Source: a virus
Strand: one strand, 5' to 3'
DNA length: 64,000 bases
IMG/VR virus record: IMGVR_UViG_3300044641_003190
Span: 10,535-74,534 of that record
The position numbers and the translations under genes were made by a program. The notes beneath the pieces are model-generated. The model searched no databases, had not been told where the DNA came from, and saw only the letters and a program-made list of their open reading frames with translations. This document shows, one piece after another, positions 49,444 to 59,129 of the stretch; within the stretch, counting starts at the first letter, position 1; each line of letters opens with the position of its first letter.

Positions 49444-49761
49444 TTGACCCACAAAAGAATAAAGCGTTTTAAAGTAAATGGTACATTTAGGGACGATTCG
49501 GACATGATCCGAATACGTGCCCAGTTTGAGTCCACTTTAATTCAATCTATGCGTGGGGATGGTTATATACCAGTGCTTGACATAGACCCAGCCTTTTCAG
49601 TATCATATAATGTAGAAGATAAAAAATGGTCGTTTGTATTAACGATTCAAGGTATTTATATAGGAAAGGTTAAGGCGTGGCAAATAGAGGGATTCTCAAG
49701 CGGCAAGATGCTTCCACGCAGTATACCGAAAAGCAAGTCAAAAAAGTCCTTAAGTCGATAG
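49444..49761 (+). CDS. Conserved hypothetical protein
   Basis: MR..GY.PVLDID..F motif; between helicase and primase. Confidence 0.65.
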   Translation: MTHKRIKRFKVNGTFRDDSDMIRIRAQFESTLIQSMRGDGYIPVLDIDPAFSVSYNVEDKKWSFVLTIQGIYIGKVKAWQIEGFSSGKMLPRSIPKSKSKKSLSR

Positions 49762-50702
49762 AGATTAAGTTAGTTTCTGAAACAGGAAATGACTTTTTAT
49801 GTCTATGCCCAATTCATGGAAACAGAAACACGCCAAGCTTATCAGTATCAAAACAAACTGGACTGTTCCTTTGCTTTAATCCATCATGCGGTGCAAGTGG
49901 ATCTTTGCAAGAGTTAGTTAAAACAGTTACTAAAAGAAATGAATTTGAATCCTTAAGATTAATATCTAAATGTGTTACTGATTCGCTAGAAGATTTTGAT
50001 GAACAGGTTATAGAGGTTTTAGAAGAGAAGCCAGATTTTGTACAGTTTGATCCACTTATACTAGACAAGCTTTGGTCAGAGATGAGCTCGTATCCAGATG
50101 GTAGAGAGTATATGCATGGTCGTGGATTTAATGATGAAACTCTAAACTATTTTCAGGTTGGGTATTCTCATAATCAAGAAATGGTTACAGTTCCAGTTCA
50201 CTCTCCAGATGGACTACCAATAGGAATTGTTGGTCGGGGCATAAAAGATAAAAAGTTTAAAAACTCTACTGGGTTACCAAAAACCAAAACATTATTCAAT
50301 GTACATAGGGCCAAGAGATTGTCATCAACAGTAGTAGTTACAGAAGCATCGTTTGATGCAATGAGAGTACACCAAGCTGGATATCCAAATGTTGTTGCAA
50401 CACTGGGAGGACACCTAAGCCCACATAATTACGACCTTCTTAATAGATATTTTACAAAGATCATAATAGCAACAGACTTTGACGACAAGTCTAGCCATAA
50501 TGGAAAAAATCCAGGAAGAGACTTAGGAAATTCAATATCTAATAAACTAAAGAATAAAGATGTTTACTGGGCTAGTTATGAATATAATGTTGTATACCCA
50601 CACGGAGCTAAAGATATGGGTGATATGACTGATGAAGAAATAAAGCAGTGTATAGAAAACTCTGTACCAAATTACGAGTACCACTCTTGGGAAATCTACT
50701 AG
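49677..50702 (+). CDS. dnaG: DNA primase (zinc finger plus TOPRIM)
   Basis: CPIH....PS......GLF.CF...C; TEASFDA, NVVATLG, TDFDD, KD.GD. Confidence 0.9.
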   Translation: MANRGILKRQDASTQYTEKQVKKVLKSIEIKLVSETGNDFLCLCPIHGNRNTPSLSVSKQTGLFLCFNPSCGASGSLQELVKTVTKRNEFESLRLISKCVTDSLEDFDEQVIEVLEEKPDFVQFDPLILDKLWSEMSSYPDGREYMHGRGFNDETLNYFQVGYSHNQEMVTVPVHSPDGLPIGIVGRGIKDKKFKNSTGLPKTKTLFNVHRAKRLSSTVVVTEASFDAMRVHQAGYPNVVATLGGHLSPHNYDLLNRYFTKIIIATDFDDKSSHNGKNPGRDLGNSISNKLKNKDVYWASYEYNVVYPHGAKDMGDMTDEEIKQCIENSVPNYEYHSWEIY

Positions 50703-50715
50703 AATGGTGTATACT
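50687..50715 (+). promoter_or_regulatory. Promoter TTGGGA-17-TATACT for the ssb gene
   Basis: Spacing; AAAGGA RBS downstream. Confidence 0.5.
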
Positions 50716-50768
50716 AGAATGACAGAGACATTTATAGTCTCAAATATCAGAAAAGGAAAACATATAAT

Positions 50769-51440
50769 ATGATGGCAATAGTAAAAGGGCTTAAGAACAT
50801 TAACAATGCTCTAGACAAGCCAAGCGATTCAGAAGGTAGCAAAGCTCGTTGGGTAAAACTAGCGGACGGCGAAAGCGTAAAGATCAGATTTTTACAAGAA
50901 TTGGATCCAGACTCACCAAATTATTTAGAAAAAAATGGGTTAGGCTTTATAGCAGCAGAACATACAAACCCAAAAAACTACAAATCAAAAGCGTTATGCA
51001 CATCAGATGACCAAGGTCGTTGCTGGGCATGCGAACAACACCGCAAAGATTACAAGGCTGGCTGGAAAGCACGTAGCCGACTATACATAAACGTATTAGT
51101 TGATGATGGTAAAGAAGATCCATACGTAGCAATTCTTTCACAAGGCACAAGCGGTAAGTCAATCACCCCAACATTAATTGAATATGCTGGAGAGATGGGC
51201 AGTGTATCAAATCTCACATGGAGACTAAAGAGAAGTGGTACTGGCACATCAACAGAGTACGTAGGTATTTCATTAGGTCAGGACAAAGAAGCCCTTGATA
51301 TATCCAAGTACGAACTATTCCAACTTGAAAAGGTTGCAGTTAAGGAAATCCCATATGAGGAACAAGAAAAGTTCTACATGGTAGGAGAATCCGAAGAGCA
51401 ATCATCAACCGATAACTCATCTAGTAACGTAGAGTGGTAA
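50769..51440 (+). CDS. Single-stranded DNA-binding protein (gp32-like)
   Basis: W.KL.DG.S.KIRFL, H...C.....C..C, R.G.G..T.Y, acidic tail ending in W. Confidence 0.8.
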   Translation: MMAIVKGLKNINNALDKPSDSEGSKARWVKLADGESVKIRFLQELDPDSPNYLEKNGLGFIAAEHTNPKNYKSKALCTSDDQGRCWACEQHRKDYKAGWKARSRLYINVLVDDGKEDPYVAILSQGTSGKSITPTLIEYAGEMGSVSNLTWRLKRSGTGTSTEYVGISLGQDKEALDISKYELFQLEKVAVKEIPYEEQEKFYMVGESEEQSSTDNSSSNVEW

Positions 51441-51441
51441 A

Positions 51442-51469
51442 TTGTAGGGGCGGGAAACCGCCCCTACAA
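51442..51469 (+). terminator. Perfect 12-bp hairpin between ssb and dnaE (terminator or attenuator without U-tract)
   Basis: TTGTAGGGGCGG-GAAA-CCGCCCCTACAA. Confidence 0.7.
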
Positions 51470-51488
51470 ATATTCAAGAAAGGTATAA

Positions 51489-54400
51489 ATGTCAAACTTC
51501 ACACACTTACATGTGCATTCACAATATAGCGTAATGGATGGCTTAAATAGCCCCATGGAAATATTAACTGCTGCACAAAAACTAGGACACACGTCCATTG
51601 CCATTACAGACCATGGAACTTTATCCAGCCATAGAGAGATGCAAAAGGCATCGGAAGAGCTTGGGATGAAGCCTATACTTGGCGTAGAGGCATATATTTC
51701 TGCAACAGATAGATTTGATAAGCGTGATACAAGCAAGCGTGACGATAATACATCTATATTCAACCACATAATTATCTTGGCTAAAAATGAAGCAGGTCTC
51801 CGTAATTTAAACAAGCTTTCAGAGATTGCTTGGACAGAGGGATATTATCATAAGCCAAGAATTGATAGAGAGATTTTGGCTGAGTATAAAGAAGGTCTAA
51901 TAGTTTTATCTGGTTGCATGAACGGACTTATATCAAAAGCAATTGAACGTGGCGAAGAAGACGAAGCACGTATGCTTGCAAAGTGGTTTAAAAATACATT
52001 TGAAGATGACTTTTATATGGAGATTCAGCCACACAACCCAGTAGAATTAAACAATAAACTTTTAGAAATTGCAGACGAGACTGGAATTAAACCAGTTGTT
52101 ACAGCAGATTGTCATTTTTCATGTGAAGAAGAAAGAGCTCTTGAAGAGGCAATGCTCATCTTATCAACATCACCTAAGCCAAACAAAGATGTAGATTTTG
52201 AAAAATCTAGACAGATAGATAATGTGTTTGAAAGATTCAATTATCTTTATCCAGAAAGAAAGATAAGCTTTGAGAATTTAGACGTTTATATTATGGACCG
52301 TAAAGAAATTGAAAAACGAATGATTGATCAGGGGATTACTAGATCAGATATATACGACAATACGGTTTTAATTGCAGACTCAGTAGGCAAATATAAATTT
52401 CATCAGAACCTTAATATTCTACCAAGACCAAAAGAGGATCCAGATGAGACTGTAAGAAAGTTTTGCTGGGAGGCAATGGAAAGACTAAAACTTACTTCTC
52501 CATGGCTAGGCAATGATGTATACGAGCTAAGACTAGAAGAAGAACTTCATGTAATTAAAGAGAAAGATTTTGCCCCATATTTTTTGGTTATTTCAGATAT
52601 GATTAACTGGGCAAAGTCTCAGAATATTTTAGTTGGACCAGGTCGTGGTTCCGCAGCAGGCTCCCTAGTTTGCTACCTATTAGGAATTACAAATGTCGAC
52701 CCGATAGAATATAATTTATTGTTTTTTAGATTTATTAACGAGGAAAGAAATGACTTCCCAGATATTGATACCGACTTTGAAGACCGTAGACGTGGAGAGG
52801 TTAAGGATTATATCCGTAAAAAGTTTAAAAACGTAGCATCTATTTCTACATTTACATATTTTAAAGATAAAGGTGTTGTGCGTGATGCTGCTCGTGTATA
52901 CATGGTGCCACTTGGTGAAGTAAATAAAGCTTTAAAGTTGGTAGATACGTTCGAAGAGTTTGAAGAATCTGAAAATCTAAAATGGTTTAGATTAAAATAT
53001 CCAGAGGTTGTTAAGTTGGCAAGGCAACTTCGTGGAAGAATAAGATCTGTTGGAATGCATGCTGCAGGAGTAGTTGTTGCTAACAAACCACTTAATGCAT
53101 ATGCCCCAATTGAAACAAGAACTGACCCAAGCGATAAGGTTTCTGGGCGTGTACCAGTAGTTGCATATGACATGGACCAGGTTGCGGACATTGGATTGAT
53201 TAAGCTTGACGTATTAGGGTTAAAAACGCTATCTGTAGTTTCAGATACCGTATCTATGATTGAGGAAAGAACTAAAACTAAAGTTGACCTATCTCAAATA
53301 TCTCTAAAGGATGAAAAAGTATTTCAGTCATTATCTGCTGGATTTACAAAAGGCGTGTTTCAGGCAGAAGCTGTTCCATACACAAACCTACTAATTAAAA
53401 TGGGAGTAAGCGAGTTTGAAGACTTGGCTGCTTCAAACGCATTGGTTAGACCAGGAGCAATGAATACCGTAGGACAGGCTTACATCAATAGAAAAAACAA
53501 GCATGAGGCGGTGTCATTTATTCACCCAATCATGAAAGAGTTTACAGATAACACATATGGTGTTATTATTTATCAAGAGCAGGTCATGCAAGCTTGCGTA
53601 CACTTAGGTGGCATGTCCTGGGCAGAGGCCGATAAGGTAAGAAAAATTATTGGTAAGAAAAAAGATGCAAAGGAGTTCGATCAGTTCCGTGAGAAGTTTG
53701 TTATTGGTGCAAGCAGACATATATCAAAAGAAGCGGCTGAAAGCCTATGGCTTACTTTTGAAGCTCATGCTGGTTATTCCTTTAACAGGTCTCACGCTGT
53801 TGCTTATTCTCTCCTATCTTATTGGACGGCTTGGTTAAAGCTTTATTATCCACTAGAGTTTATGTTTGCCCTATTAAAAAATGAGGGTGACAAAGATGCA
53901 CGAACAGACTATCTTATAGAGGCAAAAAGACTTGGAATAAAAATCTTGCTTCCACACGTAAATGAATCAGACCTAGATTTTACAATTCAGGGTGATGCAA
54001 TAAGATTTGGTCTATCCAACGTAAAGTATATATCAAGTAACATTGGTCATAAGATTATTGATAACAGACCATATAAGAGTTATGCTGACTTAAAAGAAAA
54101 GGCTTCACAGAAGAAGAGCGGAATATCTTCTAGGGCCATAGACGCATTGAATCTTATAGGCGGTGCTTCGTTTGATGACAATCCAAGAACTGGTAAAGAA
54201 AAAGATAATCTGTATGAATATCTTAATATACCAAAGTTTGATATTAGTGGGATAACACCATTCATTAAGTCTCAGATAAATAGACTTGAAGATTTTGAAG
54301 AGCTTGGCACATTTGTATTTATGGCAATGGTTAAATCAATCAAGCGTGGCCAGGGTTGGTCAAGAATTGAATTGGTAGATGAGAGCGGATCAATTGGTGT

Positions 54401-54782
54401 GTTTCATAATGAGCAGACACAAATTGAAGCTGGACAAATGTATTTCTTCCTGGTTGGAGATAATAGAATACATAGATATGTTGAGATTGATAAGGTTGTT
54501 AAAGAGGACAGATCAGACCCATTCGTTAACTTCTTGTATTCACAAAAGTTTGATTTGAAGGATAACAACTTCTATGTAATAGATTTTACTAACTATAAAA
54601 CTAAGGCTGGAAAAATGATGGCACACACAATATTAACAGATCCAAATAAAAAATTAATACGTGCAATTGCCTTTCCTCAGATATACGCCAAAGCTCTTGG
54701 AAAAATGAAGCCAGGGCATAAGGTAGAACTAATGTTTGGAAAAACTGACGATGGAACAATAACAATAAAGGAGATAAAATGA
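51489..54782 (+). CDS. dnaE: DNA polymerase III alpha subunit (family C)
   Basis: HLHVHS.YS..DG PHP domain, ITDHG, GPGRGSAAGSLV, FPDIDTDF, HAAG.V, KLD.LGL, YSFNRSHA. Confidence 0.97.
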   Translation: MSNFTHLHVHSQYSVMDGLNSPMEILTAAQKLGHTSIAITDHGTLSSHREMQKASEELGMKPILGVEAYISATDRFDKRDTSKRDDNTSIFNHIIILAKNEAGLRNLNKLSEIAWTEGYYHKPRIDREILAEYKEGLIVLSGCMNGLISKAIERGEEDEARMLAKWFKNTFEDDFYMEIQPHNPVELNNKLLEIADETGIKPVVTADCHFSCEEERALEEAMLILSTSPKPNKDVDFEKSRQIDNVFERFNYLYPERKISFENLDVYIMDRKEIEKRMIDQGITRSDIYDNTVLIADSVGKYKFHQNLNILPRPKEDPDETVRKFCWEAMERLKLTSPWLGNDVYELRLEEELHVIKEKDFAPYFLVISDMINWAKSQNILVGPGRGSAAGSLVCYLLGITNVDPIEYNLLFFRFINEERNDFPDIDTDFEDRRRGEVKDYIRKKFKNVASISTFTYFKDKGVVRDAARVYMVPLGEVNKALKLVDTFEEFEESENLKWFRLKYPEVVKLARQLRGRIRSVGMHAAGVVVANKPLNAYAPIETRTDPSDKVSGRVPVVAYDMDQVADIGLIKLDVLGLKTLSVVSDTVSMIEERTKTKVDLSQISLKDEKVFQSLSAGFTKGVFQAEAVPYTNLLIKMGVSEFEDLAASNALVRPGAMNTVGQAYINRKNKHEAVSFIHPIMKEFTDNTYGVIIYQEQVMQACVHLGGMSWAEADKVRKIIGKKKDAKEFDQFREKFVIGASRHISKEAAESLWLTFEAHAGYSFNRSHAVAYSLLSYWTAWLKLYYPLEFMFALLKNEGDKDARTDYLIEAKRLGIKILLPHVNESDLDFTIQGDAIRFGLSNVKYISSNIGHKIIDNRPYKSYADLKEKASQKKSGISSRAIDALNLIGGASFDDNPRTGKEKDNLYEYLNIPKFDISGITPFIKSQINRLEDFEELGTFVFMAMVKSIKRGQGWSRIELVDESGSIGVFHNEQTQIEAGQMYFFLVGDNRIHRYVEIDKVVKEDRSDPFVNFLYSQKFDLKDNNFYVIDFTNYKTKAGKMMAHTILTDPNKKLIRAIAFPQIYAKALGKMKPGHKVELMFGKTDDGTITIKEIK

Positions 54783-55027
54783 CAGAGCAAACAAGTATAC
54801 AAAATATAGAAATATCACTGCCTAGATTATTGCTGGCAGCGACTGCTACAATGGGAGAGTTGCCAATAAGTATTGAAAAGTATCTTTCTCATGACCTAGA
54901 CCATAAAAAAATGATGCTAGATTTAGATGAAGATCAAAAAACTTTCGTTGTTAGACTGGTTGATAAAGAAGATGAAGACCATGTACATTCAGAGGGAGAA
55001 AATAATGAGCCTGGATCTACTAGCTAG
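54779..55027 (+). CDS. Hypothetical protein
   Basis: AAGGAG RBS, ATGA overlap. Confidence 0.6.
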   Translation: MTEQTSIQNIEISLPRLLLAATATMGELPISIEKYLSHDLDHKKMMLDLDEDQKTFVVRLVDKEDEDHVHSEGENNEPGSTS

Positions 55028-55325
55028 AGAAACACACATCACCGCAAAAGCCAAAGGGTTTTGGGACGGAGAGATAAACTATGACAAGATAGGTAATAAG
55101 CTTGCATTGGTTCACTCAGAGGTTACCGAAGTGCTAGAAGCAATTCGAAAAAGCAAAGGCGGAGATGAAGTGGTTGAAGAAATGGCAGATGTAATAATTA
55201 GATTAGTAGACATTTATCAAGCAATGGTTAACTCTGGAGACATAACTAGATCACTAGACATTGCTATAGAAACAAAGATGATGAAAAACAAAGCAAGACC
55301 AGCACTTCACGGGAACCTATTTTAA
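55005..55325 (+). CDS. MazG-like NTP pyrophosphohydrolase
   Basis: LALVHSEV.E.LEA.R....EEMAD..IR..D. Confidence 0.85.
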   Translation: MSLDLLARETHITAKAKGFWDGEINYDKIGNKLALVHSEVTEVLEAIRKSKGGDEVVEEMADVIIRLVDIYQAMVNSGDITRSLDIAIETKMMKNKARPALHGNLF

Positions 55326-55334
55326 TGGTATAAT
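55306..55334 (+). promoter_or_regulatory. Promoter TTCACG-17-(TGg)TATAAT for the recA operon
   Basis: Consensus extended -10. Confidence 0.6.
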
Positions 55335-55345
55335 ATAGTATACAA

Positions 55346-55645
55346 ATGAATGGTTACTTCTTATTTGGAACCAATGAGGAGATCATCCTTGTCATAAAGT
55401 CATCTGACGAGGAAGATATACTAAATATCATTAAGAAAATAGCTACAATGCGTAGCAAAAAGGTGAAGGCTTTAGCTTCACAACTAGAAGAGAGTTTTTA
55501 TGAGCGCAGTTACAGACATAATGGCAAAGCTGGACCCAAAGACAAGACAAAGAGTTCAGACAGCACTAGAAGTAGAAACACCACAACAAAAAACACCGAG
55601 CATAGGGCTGAATATGGCTCTAAAAGGAGGACTGGGACACGGTAG
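55346..55645 (+). CDS. Hypothetical protein; 3' half overlaps recA out of frame
   Basis: ATG just after the promoter; the first ~52 codons fill the gap before recA. Confidence 0.55.
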   Translation: MNGYFLFGTNEEIILVIKSSDEEDILNIIKKIATMRSKKVKALASQLEESFYERSYRHNGKAGPKDKTKSSDSTRSRNTTTKNTEHRAEYGSKRRTGTR

Positions 55646-56501
55646 ACAAGTTCTTGTCTGGGGAAACAAGTCTGCAGGAAAGTCATCATTTTGTTTACAA
55701 CTAATTGCAGATGCACAAAAAGAAGGAAAGTCTTGTGCATGGATAGATGCAGAAAACTCATACTCTAAAGACTGGGCAGAAAAGCTAGGCGTAGATTCAG
55801 AAAACTTAATTTATTCTCCAGCTAAAACTATAAATGATATGGTTGACGTAGCAACACAATTAATGGAAGCCGATATTGATATCATTGTAGTAGACTCAAT
55901 ATCCGCACTACTTCCAGCCATATATTTTGAGAAAGATAGTTCTGAGTTAAAAAAGCTAGAGGACACAAAACAAATTGGTGCTGAGGCAAAAGATATGACT
56001 CATGCCGTAAAGATGTTAAACTATTCAAATAAAAATACATTACTCATTCTTATATCACAACAAAGAAATCAATTTGGATCAATGCATGCTTCGCACATTC
56101 CAACTGGTGGTATGGCTGTAAAATTCTTTTCATCAACCGTTATTAAGTTATGGTCTTCAGAAGCAGAAGCAAATGCTATTAAGTCTGGAATGAAGGTTGG
56201 CGATAAGATAATTGAACAGCGTGTTGGAAGACCAGTAAACTGGATAATAGATTACAACAAGCTTGGTCCACCAAACCTTTCTGGACAGTATGATTTTTAT
56301 TTTCAGGGCGATCATGTAGGTGTAGATGGCGTCGGCGAGATCCTTGACGTAGCAGAGCAATTTGGTGTAGTAGAAAAGGGTGGAGCCTGGTACACAGTGC
56401 TTGGTGAAAGATTCCAGGGTAGAGCTAAAACTGTTGAGTGGCTTAGAAAAAATCCAGAGTCAGTAGAAAAACTAAAAGAGGAGATATATGCCAAATCCTG
56501 A
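55500..56501 (+). CDS. recA: RecA-like recombinase
   Basis: GNKSAGKS Walker A, WIDAE, IVVDSI.AL, TGG.A.KF, GAWY. Confidence 0.93.
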   Translation: MSAVTDIMAKLDPKTRQRVQTALEVETPQQKTPSIGLNMALKGGLGHGRQVLVWGNKSAGKSSFCLQLIADAQKEGKSCAWIDAENSYSKDWAEKLGVDSENLIYSPAKTINDMVDVATQLMEADIDIIVVDSISALLPAIYFEKDSSELKKLEDTKQIGAEAKDMTHAVKMLNYSNKNTLLILISQQRNQFGSMHASHIPTGGMAVKFFSSTVIKLWSSEAEANAIKSGMKVGDKIIEQRVGRPVNWIIDYNKLGPPNLSGQYDFYFQGDHVGVDGVGEILDVAEQFGVVEKGGAWYTVLGERFQGRAKTVEWLRKNPESVEKLKEEIYAKS

Positions 56502-56679
56502 TATTGAGAATTTTATGTTTAAGAAAAATCCAGAGGGTGCGCCATATTGGACATCAATAGAAGGATCATTTGATTGTCAAGAATGTCATGAAAAAGTTAA
56601 TCGTGCTAGTTACCAAGAAAGAACTGGCGAAATAAGATGGCAATGCTCACAAAAACACGAGTCAAAGGCGACAATGTAA
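56488..56679 (+). CDS. Small zinc-ribbon protein
   Basis: CQEC...W.C...H.S. Confidence 0.65.
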   Translation: MPNPDIENFMFKKNPEGAPYWTSIEGSFDCQECHEKVNRASYQERTGEIRWQCSQKHESKATM

Positions 56680-56984
56680 TGTCTGAGCGTGGAGAAGTAA
56701 AGCGTGATAAGGCTGTGGCACAAAAAAATTCTGGTAGAGGTCAGTACCAAAAGGGTGACGCAAAGTGGAAACAATTTGTTGTTGACTATAAAGAAGCTGG
56801 AACTTCTTTTAATTTAAACAAAGATAACTGGGCAAAAATCTGTACTGATACCTTTAAGGTTAGTAGAAGTATGCATCCAGCGTTAAAGATTATTATTGGT
56901 TCCGAGTCTAAAGTAAGGTTAGGAATTATTGAATGGGCAATACTAGAAGAACTAATAGAGTTCTGGGAGGAAAATCATGGTTAA
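56679..56984 (+). CDS. PD-(D/E)xK nuclease, putative Holliday junction resolvase
   Basis: SE..E......NSG.G...KGD......VDYK. Confidence 0.7.
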   Translation: MSERGEVKRDKAVAQKNSGRGQYQKGDAKWKQFVVDYKEAGTSFNLNKDNWAKICTDTFKVSRSMHPALKIIIGSESKVRLGIIEWAILEELIEFWEENHG

Positions 56985-57087
56985 TTTTATGTACGGAGTT
57001 TTAGTTGGATGGGTTGCTGGATACGGTATTGGACTGTGGGCATCTTGGTATACACTTAAAGAGGTAAAAAAACATGTCGGCAGATAA
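56977..57087 (+). CDS. 36-aa membrane peptide (not in ORF track)
   Basis: GGAGG RBS; MVNFMYGVLVGWVAGYGIGLWASWYTLKEVKKHVGR*. Confidence 0.65.
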   Translation: MVNFMYGVLVGWVAGYGIGLWASWYTLKEVKKHVGR

Positions 57088-57391
57088 CGTTTTAGAAAAT
57101 ATTAGTGAAATTACAGAGTTTAATGATATAAAAGAGTTTATGAATGATCCAGAATTGGACTCTGCGCTAGAAGCAATAATTAAAATAATTGCTAAGCCAG
57201 ACATTCCACCCGCTGCAGCATCAATCTTAATCATTAAGCTTCAAGCTATATCCTCTAAGCTTGCTATTTTGGCACGTTACTATACTACCTTAGAAAAAGG
57301 AGAAGCTGCCAGTAAAAAGAAAAATGTTTACTATACTGTAAGTGACTCTTTGGACAAACTCGTAGCAGCACTTAAGTATGGCACAAAATGA
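57074..57391 (+). CDS. Conserved hypothetical helical protein
   Basis: GAGGT RBS; KKN.YY....L.KLV.ALKY. Confidence 0.7.
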   Translation: MSADNVLENISEITEFNDIKEFMNDPELDSALEAIIKIIAKPDIPPAAASILIIKLQAISSKLAILARYYTTLEKGEAASKKKNVYYTVSDSLDKLVAALKYGTK

Positions 57392-58158
57392 TGGCTAGAA
57401 GTTTGGTAAGTAATCTAAAGTTTAAAAAATATACTGGTTCATTCGACCCAGAGACTCTTTCTAAAATGCTAGATGACGCATACCTTGGGGCAAAAAATAA
57501 TAAAAAGTTTATGAAGAAGACAACCTTTTCTCCAAGTACCGTAGGATATGGACATGGAACATGCCCAAGATACTGGTACATAGCATTTGAGGGCGCAGAA
57601 TTTACAGATAGTTTCGATGCCATATCTGTTGCCAATATGTCTACTGGCGTAGCAGCCCATGAAAGACTTCAAGAGGTGTTTAAAAAAACTGGTACTGTAA
57701 AAGCAATAGAGCAGGAAATTTTAAAAGATCATCCACCAGTCAAAGGATTCGCAGACGTAGTTTTAGACTGGGAAACAAAAACTGTTGTTGGTGAAATTAA
57801 AACAACTAAGGATGAAGCATACCTATTTAGACAAAATTCTATGGAGCCTTCAAAAAACCACCTACTTCAAATTCTAATATATATGGATGTCATGGAAACA
57901 GACGAAGGTTTTGTGCTATATGAAAATAAAAACAACCAGGAGATCTTAATAATTCCAGTTAAAATGACTGAGTCTAATAGAGAATTTTTGGACGGGTGTT
58001 ACTCATGGATGAAGGAAACTCACCTATCTTGGACAGATAAAGAGCTACCAAAGAGACCATTTAGAAAAAACAATAATATTTGTAAAAACTGTCCAGTTTC
58101 CGAAACATGTTTTGAAATGGAGGATGGAGAAAAATTAATCCCAGTTCTGAAAATTTAA
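57388..58158 (+). CDS. Cas4-like (RecB family) Fe-S exonuclease
   Basis: SPS.....CPRYW, G.A.H, G.AD, EIKT, Q..IY, C..C.....C. Confidence 0.88.
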   Translation: MMARSLVSNLKFKKYTGSFDPETLSKMLDDAYLGAKNNKKFMKKTTFSPSTVGYGHGTCPRYWYIAFEGAEFTDSFDAISVANMSTGVAAHERLQEVFKKTGTVKAIEQEILKDHPPVKGFADVVLDWETKTVVGEIKTTKDEAYLFRQNSMEPSKNHLLQILIYMDVMETDEGFVLYENKNNQEILIIPVKMTESNREFLDGCYSWMKETHLSWTDKELPKRPFRKNNNICKNCPVSETCFEMEDGEKLIPVLKI

Positions 58159-58442
58159 TATGTGGGTATGACGAGTGCAACAACTCATTTGAAAAAGCAA
58201 CACACAATCAGAAATACTGTTCTGAAGAGTGCTGCCGACTTGCAACAAATAAAAGGACTATGGAGAGGTACTACGAAAGACGAGCAATAAAGCTAGGATC
58301 AGTAAGACATTGTAAGAAATGTAAAATAAAGCTAAGTAGATATAATTATGATGACATGTGCTCAGTATGTATGGACTCTGAGGTCTATGATGAAAGAAAA
58401 ACTATATTGGATATGATAAATGGGAATAGCAAGCCTAGTTAA
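58134..58442 (+). CDS. Cys-rich zinc-finger protein; real N-terminus extends upstream of ATG 58260 (non-canonical start)
   Basis: In-frame ICGYDECNNSFEKATHNQKYCSEECC precedes the track's Met. No ATG/GTG/TTG between the TGA at 58113 and 58260. ATT at 58134 follows GGAGG/GGAG. Confidence 0.6.
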   Translation: MNPSSENLICGYDECNNSFEKATHNQKYCSEECCRLATNKRTMERYYERRAIKLGSVRHCKKCKIKLSRYNYDDMCSVCMDSEVYDERKTILDMINGNSKPS

Positions 58443-58986
58443 GCCTAGAGCTCGACGTGTTATTGGTATAGATGCATCCACTTCATCAGTGGCATTTGGC
58501 ATTATAGAAAACGGAAAGCTTGTAAAGCATGGCAAAATAAACATAAATGGAAATGACATATATGAAAAAGTATATGATGCTAGGAAAAAGGTATCCGCAA
58601 TGCATGGACACCTTATGTCTGACTATATTGCTATAGAGGGTGCGGTATTTGTTAAATCAGCAGATGTTGTTATTAAGCTTTCTTATGTTTATGGAGCAAT
58701 AATATCTCAACTAATGCAAGACGGGACAAAGGTTGTTACCGTAGCCCCAACCTCATGGCAAAGCTTTATAGGAAATAAGGTATTTAATAAAGAGCAAAAG
58801 GCGGCAATAAGAATTGAGTATCCAGGAAAGTCTGATACATGGTATAGCAATAAAATAAGAGAAGTAAGGAAACAGAAAACTATGGACTTTGTTAATAATA
58901 AGTTTGGTGTAAACGTAGAAGATAACGACGTTGGGGATGCTATAGGAATAGCACACTACGCATACGAGAATTTGACGGCAAGATGA
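58420..58986 (+). CDS. ruvC: RuvC-like Holliday junction resolvase
   Basis: VIGIDAS, IAIE, P.SW, D..DAIGIA. Confidence 0.85.
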   Translation: MGIASLVKPRARRVIGIDASTSSVAFGIIENGKLVKHGKININGNDIYEKVYDARKKVSAMHGHLMSDYIAIEGAVFVKSADVVIKLSYVYGAIISQLMQDGTKVVTVAPTSWQSFIGNKVFNKEQKAAIRIEYPGKSDTWYSNKIREVRKQKTMDFVNNKFGVNVEDNDVGDAIGIAHYAYENLTAR

Positions 58987-59129
58987 AGTTATACGAATCA
59001 AAAGAGTGGCTTTATAGAAGATATGTTGTTCAAAAAAAGAACATAAAAGAGATAGCAGAGGAAGCTGGCTGCTCACATATGACAATACAAAGATACTTAG
59101 AGAAGTTTGGATTAATTAAAAAACGATGA
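58983..59129 (+). CDS. 48-aa HTH DNA-binding protein (not in ORF track)
   Basis: MKLYESKEWLYRRYVVQKKNIKEIAEEAGCSHMTIQRYLEKFGLIKKR*; ATGA overlaps at both ends. Confidence 0.8.
   Translation: MKLYESKEWLYRRYVVQKKNIKEIAEEAGCSHMTIQRYLEKFGLIKKR

Noticed and set aside
56977-57087. Small TM peptide as a holin
   Set aside because: It sits in the recombination operon with no endolysin nearby; lysis genes are not visible in this window.
57388-58158. Cas4-like gene as evidence of a CRISPR-Cas locus
   Set aside because: No array, cas1 or cas2; solo Cas4-like nucleases are common in phage recombination modules.
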